64,000 bases of DNA from Epiperipatus broadwayi (taxonomy: Eukaryota > Animalia > Onychophora), in assembly GCA_028023455.1 (NCBI GenBank), contig JAQFVV010000007.1, positions 10,602,001 through 10,666,000 on the forward strand, given 5' to 3'. This document shows, piece by piece, positions 37,602 through 50,525 of the stretch; position 1 is the stretch's first letter; each line of letters starts with the position of its first letter. The notes under the pieces are model-generated. The model was given only the letters and a program-made list of their open reading frames with translations, had not been told where the DNA came from and did no database searches. The position numbers and the translations under genes are program-made.

Positions 37602-40392
37602 TTCTTATATAGTGGAATCTGTTCATTTCTCTTTCACATGCATAAAGTTAATACATTTTTTCAGTCTTCACTAAATAGTAAAAATATAATATGGTTTCAA
37701 TTTTTGTGGTTTAAGAAGAACAAGTAATTCTAGCAAGAATTTTTTTTGTGATGTTGTTTTGAAAATTTAGAGATGCATTCAATACCCAAGCAATTTCAGC
37801 ACAGGTATTTTTTTTCCAATTTGCAACTTGACTAAGCTTAGATGAATTGTGACCATTGCTAACTCTGTGATTTAATGACAATTAAGTGAACAATTTCAAA
37901 TTCATGATAGTCATTTATTATCATGAGTGCAAATAAAACTGTAAATACAGCAGTATCACTGAATGTACAAAACAATATGGGACAACAAAATGTTTACTAG
38001 AACAATTAACTAGAGTACTTATGAAATTTATGAATTTCTATTATTTTTATTCAATGTTTGCCCCTCAAATTATGGATTATTAAATCATTAGGTTCTGAGG
38101 CAGTCGAAATACTGCATGCAAATTGGATTTATAGAAACTGTTTTCTAATTTCATCCACCATTTTATCTTTCTTATCTATCTCCATGTTTTAATTGCTTTT
38201 ATTTTTATCTCAAATTTTTTTCAAAGGTTCGATGTCATTATAAATGCACGAAAGCAGTGAACACTTAAACAACACCAATATAAATAACTATTATCAATCT
38301 CAGTCTGTTATCAACATTACATATTTTTATAGTAAAAGTCTTTATCTATGGTTCAGTATGCTTACATAGACACTACAAATGGCAACTTGACTAATGAAGG
38401 ATGAGATTATTAATTCAAAGAAGTTTAAAGGCAAATATAACGTGTCCTGAAAACTATCTAACAAATAGTCAATTATAACTTTCAAATTCCACTGAAACTA
38501 TGTATTAGTTAGATAATAAAGCTAATAATATTCAAGGCTAGATTATTCAGAAGTACAATTCTTTAATTTATCCTTGAAATGCATTGAAATGCGACTGGTA
38601 GTCAAACTTTTCAGATTGAGAATATAAATTATAAAAATTAAAGATTATCTAGAATTTCTAGATGTTTTAAACTTATTTATTTTGTTTTGTAATCTTATTG
38701 AATAAAATAACCTTTAAAAAAATTCTACAGTTCCTTTTTTTTCTTTTCTATTTATCTTTATGCTTTTAATGTTTTCTTCTTTTATCTGCATTTTTCTTCC
38801 CAAAGAAATTACCTACTTCTCAGCATGAAAGTGTTCAATTCTTGTAAACTTTCAAAAGAATTTTAAATGAATTATCAGTATCGAAATCTTTCCAATCATT
38901 AAAAAAAAAATATTTTGTAAGATTTCTTCTCTCGCCTTTTTTCTTTATATATATTTGTCTCTTTTAAAAAATAAAATGTTTCACATGACAATGAAATCGT
39001 TGAACTTAAATCTGTTAAGCAACTGTTCTATCTTTTTATTAAAAAATGTTTTAATAATTAATGTAGATTTTGTCAATACAATTTATTATCCATTTTTAAC
39101 GCATAAATAAAAAAAATATATAGATGTGAGTTGTCGTCCCTCATTTATATTTTATCTTGTTATTATATAAACTTCCTTAGTACTTCAGTTTTTTTTTTAA
39201 ATAAATATTTTCTTCGGAGAAAGTGCTTTTTTTTAAAGCTCTTGTGAATTGAATTTATTAAAATGTCTCTCATATGAATTCAAAAGAAAGTCTTAAAAAT
39301 TGTATAATATTGTAAATAACTTTTAAAGATAAATTAAATTTATATATATATGCAATTTATTAACCCCTGTCCTCTTTTTTTTTTTTTTTACTAAACATGT
39401 TAAAATTCAATTAAATTTTTAATAATAATAACCACGTGCACATATTTTTTTGCTATGTATTCATTCCATCCAAAAGGTCAAGGTTCCATATGGGTTGTTT
39501 AGAAAAATATTATGAAGTGATTAAAAAAACAATGAAAATATAATTATAACAGTTTATTGTGAAGATGCCAATCTTATTGCCCCCCCCCCCAACTATAAGA
39601 TTGCCTCTCTCAAATAAATATCTTCATAATTATTATTAACTATTTATTAAACTGAAAATAACTGTATTATTTTTAGCCAAACTGTAAGCTTTAAATGTTA
39701 ATTAAAAATTAATATTCCTTTAAATAATTACAAAATACTTCATTCAGACATTTTTGAAGAGAGCATTGATAATCCTTCAGTTTTCCTTTCCTTTTCTGTG
39801 TCTACTAGTAAAACTATTTTGCTAGTTTTGGATTTATATGATGATATAAAAATAAGAATACAGTTGTTTAGTTTTAAAAAAATCCAAAGAGGTCAGTATT
39901 CTGCAGTCAATGAAAAATTTAAAGTAATCTAGTCCTGTGACCATGGTGTTGGTTGCTATTTTTTTTGTTTTTAAATTTAGAAATCATTTATGAGATTACA
40001 TTGAAAAGATTTTTGATCAAATATAAGAATTGTAAAAAAATAGATTTCTTTGTTGTCTATTTATTTAAATATTTATGATTAATTTTACACAATATTTGTA
40101 TAATAATAATTTAAAAATAAAAGTATACATGATTCCACTTTGATTTTATTTGAATATGTTTTATTTTTAAAAATATGAATTAACAATTTCAATCATAACA
40201 GTAAAGAAAAACTACAGTGATAAGATTTTTAATGCCTTTTAAAAACATTTTTAACATTATACACTATAATATTTATAATATTTTAAAAATTATGAATGCA
40301 GTTTTAAATTTTAGAACAGAATTTGGTAGATTTATGATCACATTAATTCATTTCCTATTTTAAAAATAAATTCTATTCAGCAAAGATTTTAT

Positions 40393-40925
40393 TAGTAGTA
40401 TTTATATATTGGAATATTTCCATAATCTAATATGAGTATTGAATGTCTTTAGAAAAATTTAATTGTATTTAAATATTCCAAATACATTCAATTATTAGTA
40501 ATAGCACACAGGTTAGTATATACACAAAATTTTGAGAGGTATTATTCTTTCCTTTTCTTTAAATGTTGCTGGACTGATCAGTGACAGTACTAGCATGAGA
40601 ATCAAACCTGGACATTTTTGGGAATTGAATATTTACACAAGGTTCCAGATTCAATTCCCATTCTAGTATTGTCACTGGTCTGGCCAGCAACATCCGCAGA
40701 AAGGGGGGAAAATGGTATCTAAGGGTTCAGGTTCGATTCCCATGCTAGTACTATCATTGGTCAGGCCTGCAACATCTGAAGATGAAGGGAGAATACTTCT
40801 TAAAACATTATGCATATACTAACCTGTGTGATATTTGGAATATTTAATTAAAATTACATTTTTCTAAAGACATTCAATACTCATATTAGATGATGGAAGT
40901 AGTCCAATATATAAATACAACTAAA
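40393..40925. mobile_element. ~530-bp fold-back/MITE element with tRNA B-box-like sub-repeats
   Basis: Long TIRs (gtatttatatattgga...tctaatatgagtattgaatgtctttagaaaaa and its inverse). Three ~48-bp sub-repeats at 40563-40610, 40645-40693 and 40728-40775, the last with GGTTCGATTCCC. Confidence 0.75.
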
Positions 40926-41719
40926 ATACCATCATCACAAACCTTCAGTAGAACACAAAGATTTTATTAATTTTATTATTTCAAGGGCTATGCTGATTTA
41001 CTTTTACACTCTTCAGTCAAAAAAAAAGTTAATTGCTTTTTTTATGTACTTTAGTTTATTTTTTTCTAAATTTCAAAGTTTAAATATAATTTTTTAGAGT
41101 GTCTTTTATTAGTAATTTATATTTCTTATAAATCAAATCCAATTTATTAAATTCTAAAAAAAATAAAGATTTAATACTAAAAGAATAATGGTTTAGTACT
41201 AAGAGAATAAAGGTTTAATACTAAAATCAAATGTTGAATGATTACAAAAATTGCTACCAGGAAGGACAATGGAAATGCTCTTAACAGTTGAAGGATTAAT
41301 GTCTATAATTATTAAACACAAATTAAAGTATATGTGGTGAAATGGATGTCATAACTATTGTATTTTAATATGAACCTCATTGACAAAAAGGTAATATACA
41401 TCTGTAGTATATTTTTAATGTCCACATAAGTTTAAATCTAAACATTAATTTCTTTATTTATTTACATTGATTTAAAATAACATTTTCTGGATCTATTCTC
41501 AGCTGAAAATAATAGTAATAATAAAGTAATTGTTAGTGACTGGAACTATGCTGAATCTGCAATATATCATATGACTAATCTCCTAAGGAACTAACCATAT
41601 GGTTATACATTAATATTTATATTAATTGTATTTTGATTTATTTATTTTATTAGCATAATATTTTATTGTCAATACATTTGTGGCATCTAGGGTAAGTTTT
41701 AGCAATTAATAGCTACCAG

Positions 41720-41850
41720 ATAATATTGCTTAGTAAATACCTATTCAGTATAGTACTATCAAAATATCTCTAGACTAATTTCCAGCTTATGGCTTTCATT
41801 AAGGGACAGACTTTTTGGATATTTTTGAGTAATGTACTTTATCCTTTGGA
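41720..41850 (-). mobile_element. Old retrozyme family A relic with decayed HHR
   Basis: Minus strand TTAATGA-A-AGC-CATAA-GCT-G-GAAAT-TA-GTC-TAGAGA at 41773-41802. Confidence 0.6.
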
Positions 41851-44299
41851 TTTAAGGCACATTTTCTCTAGCAGCTATGTTTTGAGCTACCAGCCCAAAC
41901 TGAAAAACTAATTTTTCTCAATCTCAGTCTATTGTTTGCATAGACATATAGTTATGAAACCATTCCAATTTCTATACATTATAGTTTTATAATCCTAATC
42001 TTTGGTCAGAAATTGCACTATACTATTAAAACATCATATGATCAACTTAGTCATCACATTACCTTTGTTTACTTTTACAAATGCAAGTATCTCCAAACTA
42101 ATTTTTAGCTTTTGGTTTTCTTCAGTAAGGAGCTTTTTTGGACTTTTTTAAACAGGCATTTGGAACTTATATCTCTTTCCTCTAACTGCTATTTTTTTTT
42201 TTTCATTATGCTATATACCAAACATAAGCAAAGGTAATAAGATTAGTTTGGTCATGCAAAACTCTCTTATTTATTTTATGTAAAGTAAAGGGAAAGTCAT
42301 GGGTGAATAGATTGATAATCTACAAATATCTTATCTATTACAAAGTTGTTGTGCTTTGACATTTTATACAAAATAACAGCTTTAAGAATATTGGCATATA
42401 TTCCAGGTAATGTTAATTTGTTATTAAAACTTTTAGTTCTGTTAGAATCTATATTGTGCAAACAGATTAAATCTTATAGTAAATTTGTATTTTAATAATA
42501 TTAAAGTATTACTTTTATTATCTGAGCCAAATTAATTAACCATCTTCAGATAAATTTATAACTTTATTTCAGTGTTTTTCTAAAGTCATATTTATTTCTC
42601 GACTCAGATATAAAAGGAGTATTCTGATATTAAGAAATAAACAGGTAATGATATTTCCAAAATTATACAGAATAAAGTGGTCTATAATAGTAACTAAAAT
42701 TAGCCACTGTAATACATCTGTCCTTTTATGTTCACTCTGAAAACTTATTTTTTCATTTTATCTTTACACTCACCTTATACACACTATTAGATATTCATTC
42801 ATTTGTTTTACTTATATGGCTTATAATTAGTCTTAAGTTTTAATTCAGTCACATTTTTCATGATTATCTTAATTCACTCTTTCTCCTGAAAATTTTACTT
42901 GGATTTTTCCATGTGCATTTTCCAGTGACTTGGAACATCTAGATAGTTGTACACCCATACTCCATTAAATGTAATAATCAAATGGGTTTTTTTTTTTTAT
43001 CTCAGGAGTGTATAAAATATTCAAGCAATTACTATCCATTGACAATGAACTTCAGAGTCAGATATTCCACTATTGCATCAAACCATACAAAGCAAACATA
43101 ATTTGAATAGTTTATTGATTAAGGGTTCATAAAAAAATCGAGCATGGAAGTAGGCAGTCCATTAGATTTGAGCTCCAGGGGTCAATTTAATAATAATTGT
43201 TTATAAGGAAGAAAAACTAATAAAATTATAAATTAGTAGTGGATGAATAGATTTTCAAAAAATGTAATTCAACATAGAAAAAAAAACCACAAATCTTTTT
43301 ACAATTCTCTCAATGGAATATAGACACAAAACAGTATATTACTAAATATATTAAAAGTGCATTGGTAGATGTTAGATTATGAAGCATGGGATCTCAGACT
43401 GATTCCAGAGCTGGCATGTCCTGCGTTCAAACTCTTGAGCAATGAAGTGAATTGATTATTTAGTTTTGGAGAGGTACATTGCTTATGGAAGTCAGATCCC
43501 TGAATTGTTCTATTAAAATGAACACACAAAATATATATAATTCTATTATGATTAATATACTTTTTAAAGATTTACATATTTTTCCAAATGCATCAGGAAT
43601 TGATGATAATATAGAGTGGGTAGATAGTAAAAATATACATATTTACCAATGTAGAAATTCTGAAACATGCATTTGTTACCTATGTTTAAGTTGAAAATAA
43701 TGTGAACTTTAAATTTATCTGTTGATTACTTAGTGTGGTTTAATTTAATGGTAGAATGTCAGACTCAACAATTATCGACTATAAAATAAAACAACAAATA
43801 AGATTTTAGATTTTTATTTATTGAACTACTCAAAATCTAATCCTTTTCTATGAAAATGGCTATTGTTGGTTAAGATGAAAAATGCATAATTATGGACTAT
43901 AGCCATTAAGATCAAAAGCAGTCATAATTTATGCTGATCATTCATAATAGAACAATTATACGTAACTGTGATTATTCCTATGGTGAAGAGAATGTTTTTA
44001 ATAGAATAAGAAACAACATTTGAGGATTAATTTAATAATTGATATCTATCATATGATTTTAGGATTTTTTTTTTTTTTTTGATATATGAAAATGTCAGCT
44101 ATTTATCTAAAGACAAGTTAATGTAAATAGGTAGTAAGAAATAATCAACATTAATGATAGTATTCTTGGCAAGATTTATTATTTAACATCTTACATACAG
44201 AATAATATAATTGGTGTTTAATGCTGTTCCATAATTTAATGATGCTCTTTGCATTATTTTTTAATAATTTCAATGAGTACTGGATATCGTTCTAGGAAT

Positions 44300-44800
44300 T
44301 TGTTACAATTACATTTATATGAATTGTAAAATGCATTTTCTATGTGTCTACAATTAGTTTCAGTATTTCCCCTCCAATCTTTCTGTTTTGTCATTTTGAA
44401 AGCAACACATCTTATGTAATGACAGAGCTTAGCTATTCACCATAAAAATTTTAATATGATTTATATGAATTGTAAAATGCATTTTCTATGTGTCTACAAT
44501 TAGTTTCAGTATTTCCCCTCCAATCTTTCTGTTCTGTCATTTTGAAAGCAACACATCTTATGTAATGACAGAGCTTAGCTATTCACCATAAAAATTTTAA
44601 TATGATTGAATGTCTGGATAATTATTTATGACATGAAATGTGAGTATAGAAGAATGTTCAAACATCAAATTTTGTTTTAAATTGACATAGCTGATAGGGA
44701 GACATTTGCAATTATTTAAACTGGTGTGGCAGTGAAGTCATGAGTTGCAAAAATGTATTGTTTTCAAAATTTTATGACAGAATGGAGAACATTCTCTTGA
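44300..44800 (+). mobile_element. Possible Tc1/mariner transposase C-terminal relic with 146-bp tandem duplication
   Basis: YSP/NFNMIECLDNYL resembles the decayed SPDLNxxD/E motif; similar DNA at ~15520-15660; duplication 44313-44604 with period 146. Confidence 0.35.
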
Positions 44801-47364
44801 ATCAAACATGTGTACACTTTAAAATTCTCTGTAGTGAGCAGTTAATCTATATTGCTATGTAACCCAAGCACTGACTCAGAGATAGCTCTTCAGGCATCTT
44901 GGAGAGAGAAGAAATCAAATTGACCAGTCCAGTTTCACATGGATGTTTACTCATAAGCAATAAGAACTAGATATCCATTTATTGACCAATAATAGATAGT
45001 TAATTGGATTGACAATGAATTAATTTTCTAAAGGTAAAATTTTAAGACTGACTGTAATATGAAAAAAAAATTCCAGGTCATCCAGCCCAGATAAGTTGAG
45101 GGCATGGGAAATGAATGCACTCACACGCCACTATGCCATTGTTAATTTTTTCATAATTTATCTAACAGGTATGTTTTTTAATGCATCCTAATTATAAAGA
45201 AGTTTGTTGTTTTTAAATTTAGGATGCTAAAATAAATTATGCTAATAAATAACCGACAATAGTGAAGCATGTAACTAACAATTATTAAGATTTCACGTGA
45301 TTCTGAGTAACTTATTAAGTAGCAATAGAACATATAATCAAATAATTTATTGCCTAAATTTTCATAGGAGTTCTAGCTCCAAAAATACCAGAACTGGGTT
45401 GCTATTCAAAGGCATTGAGTTTCAATGGCCACCACCCTATCACGGCATTATATAATGCAGCGTAATTTCGTGGAAAGCTCTAATAAACGGTGACCAACAA
45501 TTAATTATCAAGCGAGTCATGTGATTTTTAATACCTATTACATGGCGATTTCGTATGCATTCTTACACATTTAAATTTTTTTTTCTTTCACTTAGTACTT
45601 TTTTCATTTAAAGTAAATTGCTTATACATGTCGACTTTCTGTGTCGTTTTTTGCTTTCAATTGTATAACTTATCTGTCATATTTTATTCTAATCTTTAAT
45701 ACAAAAATAATATAGAATTTAAAGTTATAAAGTGAAATTAACAGGCAAAAACAAAACAAAGTAATTACATGCTTTCTTTCTAAAATGGTTCACGATTTAG
45801 CTTTTTACGGTAGCACCATTATATCTATTAGGAATGAAAAATATCTTTTATAAAAACTTGATTGGTTTACTGTAATTATTTTTGGCTTTTATTGATGCAC
45901 TTCTAACAGAAATTACTTCATTTTGTCAGCCCCCATCTTTTCGAATTCCATATTTAGAACTTCAGGATTTCCAAATTAAGACATTGAAAGTCCACATCAA
46001 TTATTTTAAAACTTTACCTTTTCACACAAGCTTAGTATTAAACATGCCAAAAATGGAAAAAAAAAAACCTTAACAAACAACAAAAGTCGCAGAATATTTA
46101 AGCAATCAAACCATTCGTGAGGAAAAACGGTCAACATGTCAAACTGTTTTGATCAGATGAAAGTTATTGTATAGTTTTTTTCCTTTCGCTTGCTTAAGAC
46201 TTAACACTTTATTGACTACGTTCATAGTTTTTGTTGCATTTGCAAAGGTTATTGTTTTGTGACAGATGTTTGACACTTTTTTTTTTTGGCAGAAAATGAT
46301 TAATGGGAAGATATCTGATTACAAGAGAATCATTTTACTTAAAAAAAAAAGATGTTTTCATTTTTTTTTCTACAAACATATAATTTCGCTACAAGAGTCA
46401 CATTAACAGTATATACTATATACCATACTTCTGTGAAAGGCTAAAATAGTTCTACAGCTAATAAATAGTGCTATATATATTTAATTTTTTTCACCTTATG
46501 GATTAAGGGCGGATTTTGCAGGGCAAGGGCTCCTTGTAATTTTTTCAAGTGTAGTGATTCATAATCTATGTATTACAATGTAATAATAATTACAATAATA
46601 TCAATTATTACAAGTAATGTTAATTTACTGTCAAAAAATTGAATATACAACAAAAATTCATTATAAAATATAAATTCCAAGTAGAAGCATGAAAATTTGT
46701 TGAGTTGTCAAAGATTTGCACTGTATGATGTCTATTAATCTTGTATATCTGGACATTACACACCTCTTTTAAATTATATCATAATACTATTTTTTTATGA
46801 TAAACTTCTCAAGTCTGTTCACCTGACACAGTAAAAAAACATATATATCAGCTTTGTAACTGACTGAACATTATTCAGTGCTGCTCTTTGTGCCTTTGTT
46901 CTACATGGCTAATGTATTAAAACTGATAAATGTATAATTGATGTACCCATCTACATGCATTTTGAATAAAGGCATATGTGTAATCTGGCACATTTACCAG
47001 CTAGCATACATGACTACATGCAAATGTCTTGATGTGGAGAGCTGGTTCAAACCTGTACCAGCCATATGTGTGTGAAAGTTGCACTTTTTATATATAGATA
47101 ACTAATTTAGTGCAATGTAGGATTGGTTACCATTATTTTCTCTTATTTCAGACAGTCACTCCAAAAATATTTTGACAGTCCACTGGTGAATCACAAGTGA
47201 TGATTTTTCTACATCTGCTTTCTATCAATGATTTTGTTGCTCAGAAGTCATAGGAATGTTGAGTGCAGAATTATGAAATGATCCATAAATCTTGAAATCC
47301 AAAGTTACTCTTCTATTCTGTGCATTACTTATTATTAACAGTCAATAAAATAACAACAAAGAAA

Positions 47365-47406
47365 TACTTTTAAGACAGGCTTTTGATACAGCCTGTCTTA
47401 AAAGTA
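47365..47406. repeat. Perfect 16-bp stem hairpin
   Basis: tacttttaagacaggc-ttttgataca-gcctgtcttaaaagta. Confidence 0.7.
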
Positions 47407-47999
47407 CTTATATATACTTCCTGTGCGCTTAATAAATAATTACAACTTAACAACAAAGAAACAAAATTTTAAAAATGAGCCACAGTATATGTGAATATAT
47501 ATATATTAAGTAGAGGGCTACAACATCAAAATTAATGGTTATAAGCAGAACTGCTAAAAAAGATTATTGGATTATCAGTATAATAAATATTATTAATTAT
47601 TACTATTATTGTTGTTATGTTTACAAATAATATTATTAAAGTGTTACTAATATTATCACCTTATAAAGTAAATTATTAAACTGATCCAAGATATCTTTTC
47701 ATACATATTTTATAAATACAACTTTTTTGAATATGTATACAAATCTTTTTTATTAAGGTCTATATTTAGTTATAAAAACACACACACAAAATTAGTTTTA
47801 AAAGAACAATATATAAATTAAAAAGGCATAACACTAACAATAATAGAAATAAATTATTTAAATATAGTATACGTATATGAATAACTTTATGAGGGTACAT
47901 ATAAAATTAAAATTATACTTAAAAATGATAAAAAGCTTTAACATAATATTTAAATTTATATGTGTGTGCATGCATGTATGATTCTAATTCTTGCATGTA

Positions 48000-48099
48000 T
48001 TTTTTTTTTCATGTGTCATAGCATCGGCCAGGAAGTGAACCCGCTAACTCGGGACAACTGCTTATAAGGCAGCAGTGTTGACCTCTCGACCACCAATGC
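48000..48099 (-). mobile_element. tRNA-Gly-derived SINE/pseudogene
   Basis: Minus strand GCATTGGTGGTC...GCTGCCTTATAAGCAGTTG...GGGTTCACTTCCTGGCCGATGC, followed by acacatg and an A-run. Same layout as 61870-61960. Confidence 0.65.
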
Positions 48100-49039
48100 T
48101 TGACAGTTCTTGAATGTATTTAAATTAAAAAAAGCATAATAACAAAATACTTAAGCAAATTTATTATTATTGGTAATAATATAAATTATAATAAGAACTT
48201 AAAAACTAATAAAGTAAAATTATTTATTTTAGTATTTCAATATAAATATTTGTTTGTAAAGTGATAATATATATTTATATTTTTATTAATTAATGCAATA
48301 GAATATTTAAAATATTTGTAAAATATTGTTTTGCACTTTTAAAATAATTTCATTACAAATTTGGCACCAGAAATTTGTAAAACTTCCAAAAATCACCTGC
48401 TATTTATCATATCCTGTCAACAATAACAAAATTTTCCCATAAAAAAGCCAAAAAAGTGAAGAATTTTGAAAGAAGATGATGAACTCATTAATAATGTGGT
48501 GCAAACCTATAAATACGCTTACATTTTCAGAGTTGCTTACTCTTTTTTAACTGATTGCAAATGAGCTGTATTCAACATAAATTTAAAAATAGCTATATTT
48601 GCATCTTTTAGCATCATGATAATGGTATCATGGCAAATCTTTAAAACTGTTCTTAATGGAGAACTAAATAACTAACCACAATCATCATTTTGTAATGCAC
48701 TTTAAAAGAAATGAAACTTTAAAAGTTGGATTTAAATATGAAAATTTAAAGTTATTTGGGAATGCTATTTTTATTTAAACCATGTTATTACTTATCTAGT
48801 CTTCAAAAAATTTTTTTGTTTGATATTATATTTATTACAGCAACCTAAATAAACTCCAATGAATTGGACAATTATCATTAAAAATAACTTTAATTAATTA
48901 ATTTTATCTTTATTTAGATAATCACTTTTATATTGGATAATTATTTTAAAACACAAATTTTTATTTATGGATTTTATCTTCATAAATATTTTGAGAAAAG
49001 TTCTAATTTATGAATGCCATTTTTTAAGAAATTAATAAC

Positions 49040-49290
49040 TACATTCCACACCTAAAGAATTAGACAACTTATTGTGACTCTCTGGAATAATTTTAAATCA
49101 TTATTATTGGATTCAAAACATTATTTATTATATTCAACACCTAAGAAAATAACAATTTATTGTGATTCTTTAGATTAATTTTAAATCACTATTATTGAAT
49201 TCAAACAGTTATTTATTATATATCACACCTAGGAAATAAATGACTTATTATATAATTTTGGAATATTTTAAACTCACTCATATTATATTG
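49040..49290. repeat. Degenerate ~89-bp tandem repeat, about 3 copies
   Basis: acaccta(a/g)...ttattgtga...ttttaaatca...ttatttattata recurs at 88-90 bp spacing. Confidence 0.6.
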
Positions 49291-50284
49291 TACTTAAAAA
49301 GCTCAAACTTCATTACTAATTACTGTATTATAAAATTAAATTTTATTTTACCCATTCATTAGGATTTTATAACCTAAAACATTAAAGGATTAATTACTTT
49401 CAAATATTTTGAAAGAATGCACCAGAATAAAAATTTTGAATTTTTAAAAAGATTTTAAATTAATTTTAAATTTTAAGGAGGTATTATATTTCTCAAAATT
49501 GTGTAAGTGTTATAATATCTGAAGTTATCTTGTTCAGTGAAAGTTCTTGCAAGAAGAAAGGTATAATAAAAGAAAATACAGGTAGTGTACTAAATTTATG
49601 ATTACCATTTAGTATAAGTGTGTATTATTGACTTTTTATACTATGGAAACTAGTTATTAATATTTAAAGTTAATTAATAATTATTTATAGTTAAGTCATA
49701 ATAGCTGCCATTTTTGTATGTTTTATTGGTCTATTAATTTAATTTTATGCTTCTATACTTAAAGATATCTATAGCATATAATTGAAATATTTTATAAATA
49801 TCCTTCTTATCTATTGACATATATAATATCAGGATTTTTATAAAGATTATATTGTATACTCAATTATACTCATGGTTCTAATACTTGTATAAATATTATT
49901 GATTAGTAGAGTCAAACTCCTGACAATTCTGCTTGATTGTTTTATTCATAATGTGAGGGTGATAAGCCATTTATAAAATGCCACCAAAACCATATTTTAA
50001 AAATATTGTAAGTTGGGTTAATGTTTTGCTCTTTTATTAAACAGCTAAGTTTATAAGTTGTATCTCTAGAGGAAACAGACTTTATTATTATTAATTAAAG
50101 ATGCACTAAACCATTTTTTAATTTTGTTTATTAAGATTTTTCGAATAGATCTTAACAACACTTTCCAATAAAGTGTTTTGTTTTACATCATATCAAGATA
50201 AACAACACATCTAGTTAGCAATAAAGTAAGAATCATATAATATTAAATCACTGATGCACTTTACTACTGTTACACAATGCTTAC

Positions 50285-50325
50285 AGTTTACAGTTTCGAT
50301 TGCACCAGCAATCTTCTTCAGAACT
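50285..50325 (-). ncRNA. Minimal type I hammerhead (family C), apparently intact
   Basis: Minus strand AGUU-CUGAAGA-A-GAUUGC-UGGU-GCAAUC-GAAAC-U-GUA^-AACU: 6-bp stem II, 4-bp stem I, near-palindromic stem III (ACUGU). Confidence 0.75.
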
Positions 50326-50525
50326 TTTATATCTCCTAACTTCAAGTGCTAAAGGAAGGTGGTAAATAAAGCATTGTGTAGCAGTAGTAAACATGGTTGA
50401 TTTAATATTATATGGTATACATTTGGCAATGCAATAAGAAAGAGTATTTATTATACTTCTTAAAGTAGGAATCATTTTTCAATAATTTAAAACATTGTAA
50501 TAATATTTATAGTCATTGCAAAGAA

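Noticed and set aside
43380-47075. Degenerate A/B-box fragments at ~43420, ~45100 and ~47045 as SINEs
   Set aside because: Each shows only one box and is too decayed to support a call.
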